Made by a program: the position numbers and the translations under genes | The notes under the pieces: model-generated | The model's database searches: none | The model's input: the letters and a program-made list of their open reading frames with translations, nothing else | Told to the model about the DNA's origin: nothing | NCBI GenBank assembly: GCA_050173015.1 | Contig: JBFXLE010000014.1 | Coordinates: 36,474 to 100,473 of the forward strand | Source: Calditrichaceae bacterium | GTDB taxonomy: Bacteria; Calditrichota; Calditrichia; Calditrichales; JBFXGD01 | Direction of reading: 5' to 3' | Length of the DNA: 64,000 nucleotides | Shown: piece by piece, positions 1 to 8,380 of the stretch | Layout: each line of letters begins with the position of its first letter | Numbering within the stretch: the stretch's first letter is position 1

Positions 1-8
1 TCCTTGAG

Positions 9-1061
9 ATGTACCCAAAAGACAAAAGAATTCAATCACTCGCCGGAATTTATTATTACTCTTCGGGCGATTATGAACGATCGATCAAATATTTGAAAGA
101 ATCGATCAACATAGATAATAAATACGCTCCTGCATACAATATGGTCGGATACGCTCATTCGGCACTGAATCAGCTTCCCGAGGCAGACACGGCCTTTAAA
201 AAATATATCAATCTTATCCCGGATAATCCTAATCCATATGATTCTTACGCGGAATTTTTGATGAAAACAGGCCGATATGATGAATCAATCGAGAATTATC
301 TAAAATCATTTAACAAGGATAAACGCTTTACGAGCGCTCTTCTTGGGGTTGGGCATAACTACGTGTTTAAAGGAAATTTTAACAAGGCCAGAGAATATTA
401 TAATATGCGTATGGATAATGCCATAAACCCAAACGAGAAGACGAGCGCGATGTTTTGGATTGCAACTTCATATATACATGAAGGAAAGTTAAATGACGCG
501 TTAATCGCCGTTGAAAAAGAACGCGCTATGGCGGAAAAAGAGAAAATGATGACCACTGTGATAGGGACATACAATACTGAGGGATTTATTCTTGTGGAAT
601 CCGGTAAGTTTGATGAAGGAATGAAAAAATTTGATATGGCGGTGCAAATGACTAACAAGTCAGAGCTTCCGGAGACCGTTAAGAAAACTTATCTGTTAAG
701 CTCAAGTATGAATCGCTGTTATGCGCTGACTGCCATGAATAACGTTGACGGAGCAAAAGATGTGCTTGCGGAATGCCAGGCGGTCATAGAAGCCAGGGAA
801 GATCCAAATGAAGTAAAATTTCTTCACTCTCTGCTGGCAATGATTGATCTCAAAAAAGGTAATTTCGATGACGCGATCAAAAATTTTGCGAAATCCGATA
901 TGCAGGATCCGTATAACTGGTTCTATCTCGCTACTGTATATGAAAAGAAAGGTGAAAAGGAAAAAGCCGATCAATTATATGCAAAAGTCGCCGGCCTGAA
1001 TGAAAATTCCTTAGGGTTTGCATTAGTGCGTGACCGGGCCAGGGAAAAGATGATGAAATAA
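9..1061 (+). CDS. Tetratricopeptide-repeat protein (5'-truncated at window edge)
   Basis: Many TPR-like units (e.g. AYNMVGYAHSALNQLPEADTAFKKYINLIPDNP, PYDSYAEFLMKTGRYDESIENY); frame is open back to the window start. Confidence 0.85.
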   Translation: MYPKDKRIQSLAGIYYYSSGDYERSIKYLKESINIDNKYAPAYNMVGYAHSALNQLPEADTAFKKYINLIPDNPNPYDSYAEFLMKTGRYDESIENYLKSFNKDKRFTSALLGVGHNYVFKGNFNKAREYYNMRMDNAINPNEKTSAMFWIATSYIHEGKLNDALIAVEKERAMAEKEKMMTTVIGTYNTEGFILVESGKFDEGMKKFDMAVQMTNKSELPETVKKTYLLSSSMNRCYALTAMNNVDGAKDVLAECQAVIEAREDPNEVKFLHSLLAMIDLKKGNFDDAIKNFAKSDMQDPYNWFYLATVYEKKGEKEKADQLYAKVAGLNENSLGFALVRDRAREKMMK

Positions 1062-2399
1062 ATGAAAGGCGGTTCCATGCTCGAGAAAATGCTGAAAAAA
1101 ATGATTTTCATCCCGTTGTTTTTAGTTTCCGGAATCGCTTATAATTGTACAGAATTGCAGACGCAGCCTGAACAGCTCGGGGAGACATCTGTTGTGAAAA
1201 CTGTCAGGCTGCTTGAAAACGGAGTATCTCTAACCTGTGTGGACGGGATCCAGAACAGTGGCGCCTTATACAGAATATGCGTACCTGAAGACTGGAATGG
1301 AGAACTGGTCGTTTATGCCCACGGGTATGTGGCGCCCGATGAACCGCTTGCCATTCAGGATAACGAAATAGACGGGGTGACCATATCTGAAATCATTAAT
1401 CAGATGGGATACGCCTTCGCCACATCGAGTTACAGGGATAACGGGCTGATCATTCCCGACGCGGTGATGGACCTTGTCGAGCTTACTGATATCTTCAGTT
1501 CCGGTTACGGTGACCCTAAACACGTCTATCTCATAGGCGCTTCAGAAGGCGGCGCGGTTGCCGCTTTAGGGGTAGAACAGTATCCCGGCGTATTTGACGG
1601 TGGGCTCGCGACGTGCGGACCGGTGGGAGATTTTAAAAAGCAGATCGATTACTTCAGTGATTTCAGGGTTGTTTTTGACTACTTTTTTCCGAATATGATT
1701 CCCGGCTCTGCCGTTGATGTTCCGGCGGAAGTAATGATGAACTGGTCTTCAAAATATGAACCACTGATCAAAAACGCGATCGCTGCAAATCCACAGGCTA
1801 CCAGGCAGTTGCTGCGTGTCACCCGCGCTCCGGTTGACGTGAGAGATCCAAAATCAATTGAATCTACAGTGATTGGCATCCTCTGGTACACGGTGTTCGC
1901 GACCAATGACGCGATCGTGAAACTCGGCGGTCAGCCGTTTGATAACTTAACGCGCATTTATTCCGGTTCGGGAAACGATTTATTACTCAATATGAATATC
2001 AAAAGATTTAAAGCGGATGATGATGCTGTCGCGGAAATTGAAGCAAGATACCAAACATCCGGTGATCTAGTCAATCCGTTGGTGACGATGCATACAACCG
2101 GCGATCCGATTGTGCCCTATTGGCATGAACCGCTTTATAACCTGAAAATATATCAATCCGGAAACGTTCAGAAGCATTTCAATATTCCTGTATTCAGATA
2201 CGGACATTGTAATTTTCAAATGTCTGAGGTGCTCGCGGGTTTTACTATTTTGGTTCTAAAAGTGAGTCTGAAAAATTTAATTCTAACGGAGAAAATGATT
2301 CCAAATCCCGGTTTACGCGAAGAAATTAATAAATTTTCACATGATTTTAATCAACAAAGAGAGTTTATGGTTTTTCAACCACCGGGTAGCTTTCAATAA
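1062..2399 (+). CDS. Exported alpha/beta-hydrolase-fold protein (true start may be a few codons downstream)
   Basis: VYAHGY oxyanion-like motif, GASEGG nucleophile elbow, GDPIVP Asp, YGHC His; hydrophobic N-terminus ending in Cys (possible lipoprotein). Confidence 0.75.
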   Translation: MKGGSMLEKMLKKMIFIPLFLVSGIAYNCTELQTQPEQLGETSVVKTVRLLENGVSLTCVDGIQNSGALYRICVPEDWNGELVVYAHGYVAPDEPLAIQDNEIDGVTISEIINQMGYAFATSSYRDNGLIIPDAVMDLVELTDIFSSGYGDPKHVYLIGASEGGAVAALGVEQYPGVFDGGLATCGPVGDFKKQIDYFSDFRVVFDYFFPNMIPGSAVDVPAEVMMNWSSKYEPLIKNAIAANPQATRQLLRVTRAPVDVRDPKSIESTVIGILWYTVFATNDAIVKLGGQPFDNLTRIYSGSGNDLLLNMNIKRFKADDDAVAEIEARYQTSGDLVNPLVTMHTTGDPIVPYWHEPLYNLKIYQSGNVQKHFNIPVFRYGHCNFQMSEVLAGFTILVLKVSLKNLILTEKMIPNPGLREEINKFSHDFNQQREFMVFQPPGSFQ

Positions 2400-2405
2400 A
2401 ATTGG

Positions 2406-2450
2406 AGATCAAGCTTTTCGGGAGTTCCCGTGAAGCTTGATCTTTATTAA
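2406..2450 (+). terminator. Intrinsic terminator hairpin
   Basis: AGATCAAGCTT(2406-2416)/AAGCTTGATCT(2433-2443) plus inner CGGGA/TCCCG stem, then a T-rich tail, just after the stop codon. Confidence 0.75.
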
Positions 2451-2612
2451 CTGTAAAAGGAGAATATTATATCGGGTTACAAAAGTTCCCGAGTTTAAGG
2501 TCGGCTCTGTCAGTTGAATAACATGTTTCAGAAAAATATTTGCCAGATTTGAAAGATTAGTTTTACAATCAGTCTTGATTTGTAAGAAAAATTAACCAGA
2601 CAGGAGGTTTGT

Positions 2613-3626
2613 ATGGCCGTGAAATTGGAAGACGCGAGAAGAATTTTAGCAGAAGCCCGTAAGGAACTGCACAGCAAGCCAAACGTAATTGCCACAGGTA
2701 TCGGTTACAAAACAACACAAGGGGAGCGGACAAAAGATCTGGCCTTAATCTGTTCAGTGGATACCAAAAAAACCAAGAATGCCCTTAGCGCGATGGAACT
2801 CATTCCCGCGAGTATTCAAAATATCCCTACTGATGTTTATCCCACCGGTTTAATTCACGCTTTTCAGCCTCCGACCGGACGATTTCGCCCTGCTCCGGGA
2901 GGCGTTAGTATCGGGCATAAAGATATCACAGCCGGTACATTGGGATGTCTTGTAAAGAAAAACAATAAACTGTTCATTTTATCCAATAATCATGTGCTCG
3001 CTAACAGCAACAATGCAGTTAAAGGTGATGCGATTCTTCAGCCGGGACCTTATGACGGAGGCAAATATCCTCAGGATTATATCGCCAAACTGGATGAATT
3101 TATCAAAATTGAATTTGATAACAGTAACGGCGGAGGAACGGGACCATGCCAGATCGGCAGCGCCGCGGCGGGTATTTTAAACGGTTTAGCCGCATTGTTC
3201 GGCAGTAAAACGCGACTGCGTAGTTTTAGGCCGTCCGCAAGTGAAAATAAAGTGGACTGCGCGCTGGCGGAGCCACTTCAACAGGATTTTGTTAAGAATG
3301 AAATTCTGGAAATTGGCGCAATAGCCGGAAGTGCCGAAGGTTCCCTTGGAATGAGTGTTAAAAAAAGCGGGCGGACCACGGGATTGACTACAGGCAATAT
3401 CATTCAAATAGATGTCACCGTTCAGGTAAGCTATGGTACAAATAAGATTGCCACCTTTGTCGATCAGTTGATGGCGGGAAATATGAGTCAGGGCGGAGAC
3501 AGCGGGTCTGCCGTTTTAAGCGATGACAATAAAATCGTGGGTCTCTTGTTTGCGGGGAGCAATACGAGCACCATCATTAACAGAATCCAGGATGTTTTTA
3601 GTTTATTGCAGGTAACCTTACCGTAA
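2613..3626 (+). CDS. Trypsin-like (S1, Nal1-like) serine protease with N-terminal extension domain
   Basis: Catalytic triad in SNNHVL, VDCALA and GGDSGS; RPAPGGVSIGH, GTLGC and KSGRTTGLT motifs; RBS AGGAGG; no signal peptide. Confidence 0.85.
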   Translation: MAVKLEDARRILAEARKELHSKPNVIATGIGYKTTQGERTKDLALICSVDTKKTKNALSAMELIPASIQNIPTDVYPTGLIHAFQPPTGRFRPAPGGVSIGHKDITAGTLGCLVKKNNKLFILSNNHVLANSNNAVKGDAILQPGPYDGGKYPQDYIAKLDEFIKIEFDNSNGGGTGPCQIGSAAAGILNGLAALFGSKTRLRSFRPSASENKVDCALAEPLQQDFVKNEILEIGAIAGSAEGSLGMSVKKSGRTTGLTTGNIIQIDVTVQVSYGTNKIATFVDQLMAGNMSQGGDSGSAVLSDDNKIVGLLFAGSNTSTIINRIQDVFSLLQVTLP

Positions 3627-3701
3627 TGATGGAAAAAAAAGGAGCAAACATAAAATATTTTCGTATAAAACAAAAGGTTTGCAGAAAAGAGGAATTTTTA
3701 G

Positions 3702-3929
3702 TTGAACACGGATATTGAGAAAGTCCGGGAAATAAAGATGAAATATGAAGCATACTGGATTAAGAAAAGAAATGTGATCGCGGTTGGAATAGGAAACACG
3801 CGTGACGGCCGCGTAGGTGTGATCATTTCAGTAAAAAAACTGAGCAAGAAGGTTCTTGCCCAGTTCCCGGATGAAATTGACCTTGTGCCGATCGAACTCA
3901 ATGAGAGCGGCGAAATACAGGCCTTTTAA
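3702..3929 (+). CDS. Small protein homologous to the N-terminal domain of the upstream protease
   Basis: NVIAVGIG vs NVIATGIG; FPDEIDLVPIELNESGEIQAF vs IPASIQNIPTDVYPTGLIHAF; TTG start with AGAGGA RBS. Confidence 0.8.
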   Translation: MNTDIEKVREIKMKYEAYWIKKRNVIAVGIGNTRDGRVGVIISVKKLSKKVLAQFPDEIDLVPIELNESGEIQAF

Positions 3930-3942
3930 CCGGTCCGGAAAT

Positions 3943-4716
3943 ATGCTTATGATACCGGAATTTAATACCACCCTGCGGCTTTCACGGGATCAGTATTTTT
4001 TGGATGTCGGTTATAAGAATTTAATCGTATTGCATCATACAGCCGGGGGGTCGGCTGTAAGCACCTTTTACTGGTGGCAGAATTATGATCTAAGAAGAGT
4101 CGCTACCGCCTACATAGTGGAACGCGACGGAACGATTTTTGAAATATTCAATCCCTCATGCTGGGCTTTTCATCTTGGATTGGCCGGTACGGGCGGCGCG
4201 CATGATTACAGAAGTATCGGGATTGAACTGGCTTCGGAAGGCGGTCTGATCGCCCGGGGAAGCCGGTTTTATGCTTTTGACCTCGTATCACCGGTAACCG
4301 AATACACCGGTAATGTTTTTGATTATGGAAAAAAGTGGAGAAATTCCTACCGTTTTTTTGCGCAATACACCGAAGAACAGATGAATGCCGCTGTGGAACT
4401 GGTAAATTATCTTTGTACAGATTTCGCGGTTCCGCGGCGGACACCCGCCGCTCACACGGATTATATTCCGGAGGCTCGAGAATACAGGGGGATCATCGGA
4501 CATCATCATGTACGAGGGGATAAGACGGATTTGCATCCGGGATTTGCCTGGGATACACTGATAAGAAGATGCGATTTGGATGTGACCGATTTTGAAGGCA
4601 CCTCATATTTTGCGCAGCGATCTAAAAAATCACCTTCAAATTATTTAGTCAGTATAAGGAATAATAGAAGGAGAATTTCAATCCGGAAAGCTATGACGGA
4701 CAGGTTGATTAAATGA
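3943..4716 (+). CDS. N-acetylmuramoyl-L-alanine amidase (Amidase_2 family)
   Basis: IVLHHT, AYIVERDGTIFE, WAFH, SIGIEL, YTEEQ and GHHHV..KTD zinc/catalytic motifs; start moved to ATG 3943 to avoid overlapping the upstream ORF. Confidence 0.85.
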   Translation: MLMIPEFNTTLRLSRDQYFLDVGYKNLIVLHHTAGGSAVSTFYWWQNYDLRRVATAYIVERDGTIFEIFNPSCWAFHLGLAGTGGAHDYRSIGIELASEGGLIARGSRFYAFDLVSPVTEYTGNVFDYGKKWRNSYRFFAQYTEEQMNAAVELVNYLCTDFAVPRRTPAAHTDYIPEAREYRGIIGHHHVRGDKTDLHPGFAWDTLIRRCDLDVTDFEGTSYFAQRSKKSPSNYLVSIRNNRRRISIRKAMTDRLIK

Positions 4717-4814
4717 CTTGGATTTGATAAAACAGATGATGTCATTGTTTAATAATTTTTTTGCAAATATTTCTTTTTTAATCTAATTTTATAAAAAAAA
4801 TTCGTATTTCCGCG

Positions 4815-4938
4815 TCGCGCGTTGGATAACTAACTCCCATAAAATTTAATCAGCGGAAATATTTCGCGGCTGTTACATGTTAAAAGCCGCAATTTACCTG
4901 ATCATTATGCATGTTAATAGTATCTGTCTCACGCGCGA
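4815..4938. other. Long imperfect intergenic hairpin (candidate structured RNA or miniature element)
   Basis: Nested complementary arms TCGCGCGT/ACGCGCGA, TAAC/GTTA, CATAA/TTATG, ATCAG/CTGAT, GCGGCT/AGCCGC. Confidence 0.4.
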
Positions 4939-5138
4939 TTTAAAAATTGTTTTTATAGGTGAGGCACTTGATTAAAATGTTTTTCTAAATTATAATACTA
5001 TTAACCGGTAGAATTTAATTCGGTTGTTAACTGATCTTTGTGATTATAGTCGGCTAATGTTTAATAGATATATAGAGTATCTCCTCAAGAAATTGAATGA
5101 TGTAAATCATATTCATACTGAGATGAAAGCTAGATTCG

Positions 5139-7901
5139 ATGTATCAAATACGTCTGTCAAAAGATTGGTCACGGTTATTGGTTCTTATATCCGGCGGGAT
5201 GACGCTCGTGATTGGAATAGCCGGATTAATTGGCTGGTACGCGCAGAATCAAACCTTCCTACATTTACTGCCGGCCCACGTTCCTATTTATCATAATACT
5301 TCACTTGGGTTCCTCTTATGCGGTATCGGATTGCTTTCCGGAACTTATAAGAAGAACTTTCCGGGTATGGTAGTCGGTGTTTTTATCATCTTTTCAAGTC
5401 TTTTTGCCCTCCTTGTTTATTATAAGTTTCTCAATACGAGCTGGATTTTTTCTATAACGGATATTACATTACCTAAAGAAAATGACGTTTATACGGATGC
5501 GTTATTCAGGTATATAGCCTTTTCTTTTTTATTATGTGGTATGGCCATTCTATGTATGAGCATTACCACTCGTTTTCTCTTCCGTCCCCTGGTGTTAGGG
5601 GTTCTCGGTATTTTAATCGCGGGCCGGGCGCTGGTCGCATCCTTTTCTTATGTTAGCGGGATACATTTCCCGGTATTTGGAGAAGAGGGTATGGATTTTA
5701 ACATTATTCTTGGTTTTGGGCTGATTGGTATGGGGGTGATCGCTCAGGCTTTTCAGATTGAAAAAACAAGCAAGAGGACGCTGCACCGCTGGCTGCCCAG
5801 CGTTGTACTCACCGGCGCTTTATTTCTTACGATCGTTCTCTGGCAGGCGATGCTGGAAGAATCAAGGGAAACCATTGACAGAACCACCAACATCACCGCG
5901 CGCAGTATTGAACGTGAAATTGAAAATAAAGCAAAAGACAGAGTGGGCGCCCTTGAGCGTATGGGCAGACGCTGGGAGATATGGGGAAGACCGGAGAAGT
6001 CGGCGTGGGAATCGGACGCGGCGTTATATATAAAGCACTATCCGGGCATCATGATACTAGAATGGATCGATTCGGATTTTCAGATCCAATGGCAGGTAAA
6101 TTCTGATTCAATTAATCATGAATATGTTCATCATAAACCATCTGATCATCATCTTGAGATACTAAAAAAATCATTTGACCTTCGTAAATCAATGATATCA
6201 AAGTCCGATATCTTATTTGATCAGAGACAAGGGTTTTATATTTGCGTTCCTGTTTTTGTGAATGACAAGTTTGATGGATTTATTTCGGCATATGTTAATT
6301 CAAATATATTTTTTGACCTGGCCATTCATAACTCCTATCTGAATTCTTACTCCATTTTAATAAGTGATGACGAAAATATCATATTTGGGCAACAGGAAAG
6401 ACGTGATTCTGATATAATGGAATGGACAAAAGAATTTCAAATCAATCAGTATGGCGTTAAATGGATTGTCAAATTATGGCCGGGAAAACAATTACGCGCG
6501 GATCTGGTGACACCGCTGCCAAAATTAGTACTATCTATCGGTGTTTTGCTGGCAATCCTTCTCGCATTTACAACTTATCTGGCGCAAACAGCGCGAAAAA
6601 AATCCAGAGAAGTAGTGGAATCTCAAAAAAATCTGGAGTTTTTGGTGCAGGCAAGCAGAACGATGAATACATCTCTTGACTATCACATCACCCTCGAAAA
6701 TCTGGCTAAACTGACGATTCCGGGTCTGGCGGATATCTGCACGGTTTTTGTCAGGGAGAGCGATAATAACATTCGCCTGGTTAGTGTAGCCCATCGGGAC
6801 CCGGCTGTTGTTGAACGCGCCGGTCATTTAAAAACGCGCTATGAGATAAACCGCGATATCGGAATGGGTATTCAGAAGGTGATTTCCGAAGGGAAAGCGG
6901 AACTATTTGCCGACATCACCAATGATATGATACCAAAAATTACGCTGGATGATGATCATTGCCGTTTTATCACTGATATCGGACCTAAATCCGGTATGGT
7001 TGTACCGTTGCTATCAAGAGGAAAAGTACTTGGCGCCATAACTTTTGGTTTAACAGACGGTGACCGACGGTACACGGGCAGCGATCTGAAACTCGCGGAA
7101 GACCTGGCGTTAAGGGCTGCTCAGGCGGTGGATAACGCGAAATTATACAGCGAAGCGCGATTATTAAATGAAGAGCTGGAAACACGGGTAAATCAACGAA
7201 CCTCTGAACTTGCCATCGCTAACAGAGAACTGGAAGCATTCTCCTATTCCGTTTCCCATGATTTAAGGGCGCCTCTGAGGCATGTTTCCGGATTTGTGGA
7301 TTTGTTAAAAAAACATGCCGGAAAGTCGCTGGACGAAAAAGGAAACAGATATATCAGAACCATAGCCGATTCAGCCGTAAGAATGGGGATGCTGATCGAT
7401 GATCTGCTCAGTTTCTCGAGGATGAGCCGCGCGGAAGTAAAAAAATCAAGTTTCAAAGTTGCGGACCTTGTCCAGGAGATTATTAAAGAATTACAAACAG
7501 AGACCAGGAACCGGAAAGTACTCTGGAAAATTGATACGCTCCCGGAAATCTATGCGGATCGTTCCATGATAAAACAGGCTTATAGCAATCTGTTGTCAAA
7601 CGCCGTAAAATATTCCCGTCCGAGAAAAGAAGCAGTGATTGAAATCGGATTTACAAAAAATGAATTCTTTGTAAGAGATAACGGTGTCGGATTTGATATG
7701 AAGTATTATAATAAACTGTTTGGCGTGTTCCAGCGTTTACATACAGATAGTGAATTTGAAGGAACCGGTATCGGGCTGGCAAATGTCCGGAGAATTATCC
7801 ATCGTCATGGAGGTACTATTCGCGCTGAAAGCGCGCCGGATAAAGGCACTACGTTTTACTTTTCAATAGCAAAAGGTAAAGGGGAAAAGCATGATGGGTA
7901 A
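5139..7901 (+). CDS. Membrane sensor histidine kinase (multi-TM, CHASE-like, GAF, HisKA, HATPase)
   Basis: About 8 TM segments; GAF (LADIC..VPLLSRGKVLGAI..LAEDLA); H-box FSYSVSHDLRAPLR; NLLSNAVKY, DNGVGF, GTGIGLA. Confidence 0.92.
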   Translation: MYQIRLSKDWSRLLVLISGGMTLVIGIAGLIGWYAQNQTFLHLLPAHVPIYHNTSLGFLLCGIGLLSGTYKKNFPGMVVGVFIIFSSLFALLVYYKFLNTSWIFSITDITLPKENDVYTDALFRYIAFSFLLCGMAILCMSITTRFLFRPLVLGVLGILIAGRALVASFSYVSGIHFPVFGEEGMDFNIILGFGLIGMGVIAQAFQIEKTSKRTLHRWLPSVVLTGALFLTIVLWQAMLEESRETIDRTTNITARSIEREIENKAKDRVGALERMGRRWEIWGRPEKSAWESDAALYIKHYPGIMILEWIDSDFQIQWQVNSDSINHEYVHHKPSDHHLEILKKSFDLRKSMISKSDILFDQRQGFYICVPVFVNDKFDGFISAYVNSNIFFDLAIHNSYLNSYSILISDDENIIFGQQERRDSDIMEWTKEFQINQYGVKWIVKLWPGKQLRADLVTPLPKLVLSIGVLLAILLAFTTYLAQTARKKSREVVESQKNLEFLVQASRTMNTSLDYHITLENLAKLTIPGLADICTVFVRESDNNIRLVSVAHRDPAVVERAGHLKTRYEINRDIGMGIQKVISEGKAELFADITNDMIPKITLDDDHCRFITDIGPKSGMVVPLLSRGKVLGAITFGLTDGDRRYTGSDLKLAEDLALRAAQAVDNAKLYSEARLLNEELETRVNQRTSELAIANRELEAFSYSVSHDLRAPLRHVSGFVDLLKKHAGKSLDEKGNRYIRTIADSAVRMGMLIDDLLSFSRMSRAEVKKSSFKVADLVQEIIKELQTETRNRKVLWKIDTLPEIYADRSMIKQAYSNLLSNAVKYSRPRKEAVIEIGFTKNEFFVRDNGVGFDMKYYNKLFGVFQRLHTDSEFEGTGIGLANVRRIIHRHGGTIRAESAPDKGTTFYFSIAKGKGEKHDG

Positions 7902-8337
7902 GGTAAAGAAAATTCTTCTTGTTGAGGACGATAAAAATGATCTGGAATTGACGCTGTCAGCTCTGGATGAAAATCATCTGAGCAATGAGATTGATATAGT
8001 GAGAGACGGTGAAGAGGCTCTTGATTATTTATACCGGCGCGGACGGTTTAAAGATCGGGACAAGGAAAATCCGGCGGTTATTTTACTGGACCTTAAGCTG
8101 CCAAAAGTTAATGGCATGGAAGTTCTTAAGCAGGTTAAAGGAGATCCGGATCTAAAATCGATACCTATTGTAATGCTCACATCTTCCCGTGAGGAAAAGG
8201 ATCTGGTGAGCAGCTATAATCTTGGTGTGAACGCTTTTGTAGTTAAACCGGTGGAATTCGAGCGGTTTGTGGATGCCGTAAAACAGCTTGGATTGTTCTG
8301 GGCGGTTTTGAACGAAGCGCCATCGGCAAAATTGTGA
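7891..8337 (+). CDS. Single-domain response regulator (Rcp1-like)
   Basis: LLVEDD, ILLDLKLPK, MLTSS, SYNLGVNAFVVKP. Confidence 0.92.
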   Translation: MMGKVKKILLVEDDKNDLELTLSALDENHLSNEIDIVRDGEEALDYLYRRGRFKDRDKENPAVILLDLKLPKVNGMEVLKQVKGDPDLKSIPIVMLTSSREEKDLVSSYNLGVNAFVVKPVEFERFVDAVKQLGLFWAVLNEAPSAKL

Positions 8338-8380
8338 TTTTATATTTCAGAATATGTTCATCAACTTTGGAAGGGTTTTT

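Noticed and set aside
3856-3942. Track start for the amidase (likewise 20556 for Omp85 and 28177 for rubrerythrin)
   Set aside because: These extensions overlap upstream genes or lack an RBS; downstream ATGs give a better RBS or signal peptide
4815-4938. Integron attC site, or SRP/6S RNA
   Set aside because: AACTAAC/GTTAATA only loosely match the R boxes and there is no integrase or cassette context; no SRP loop motif, and it is short for 6S
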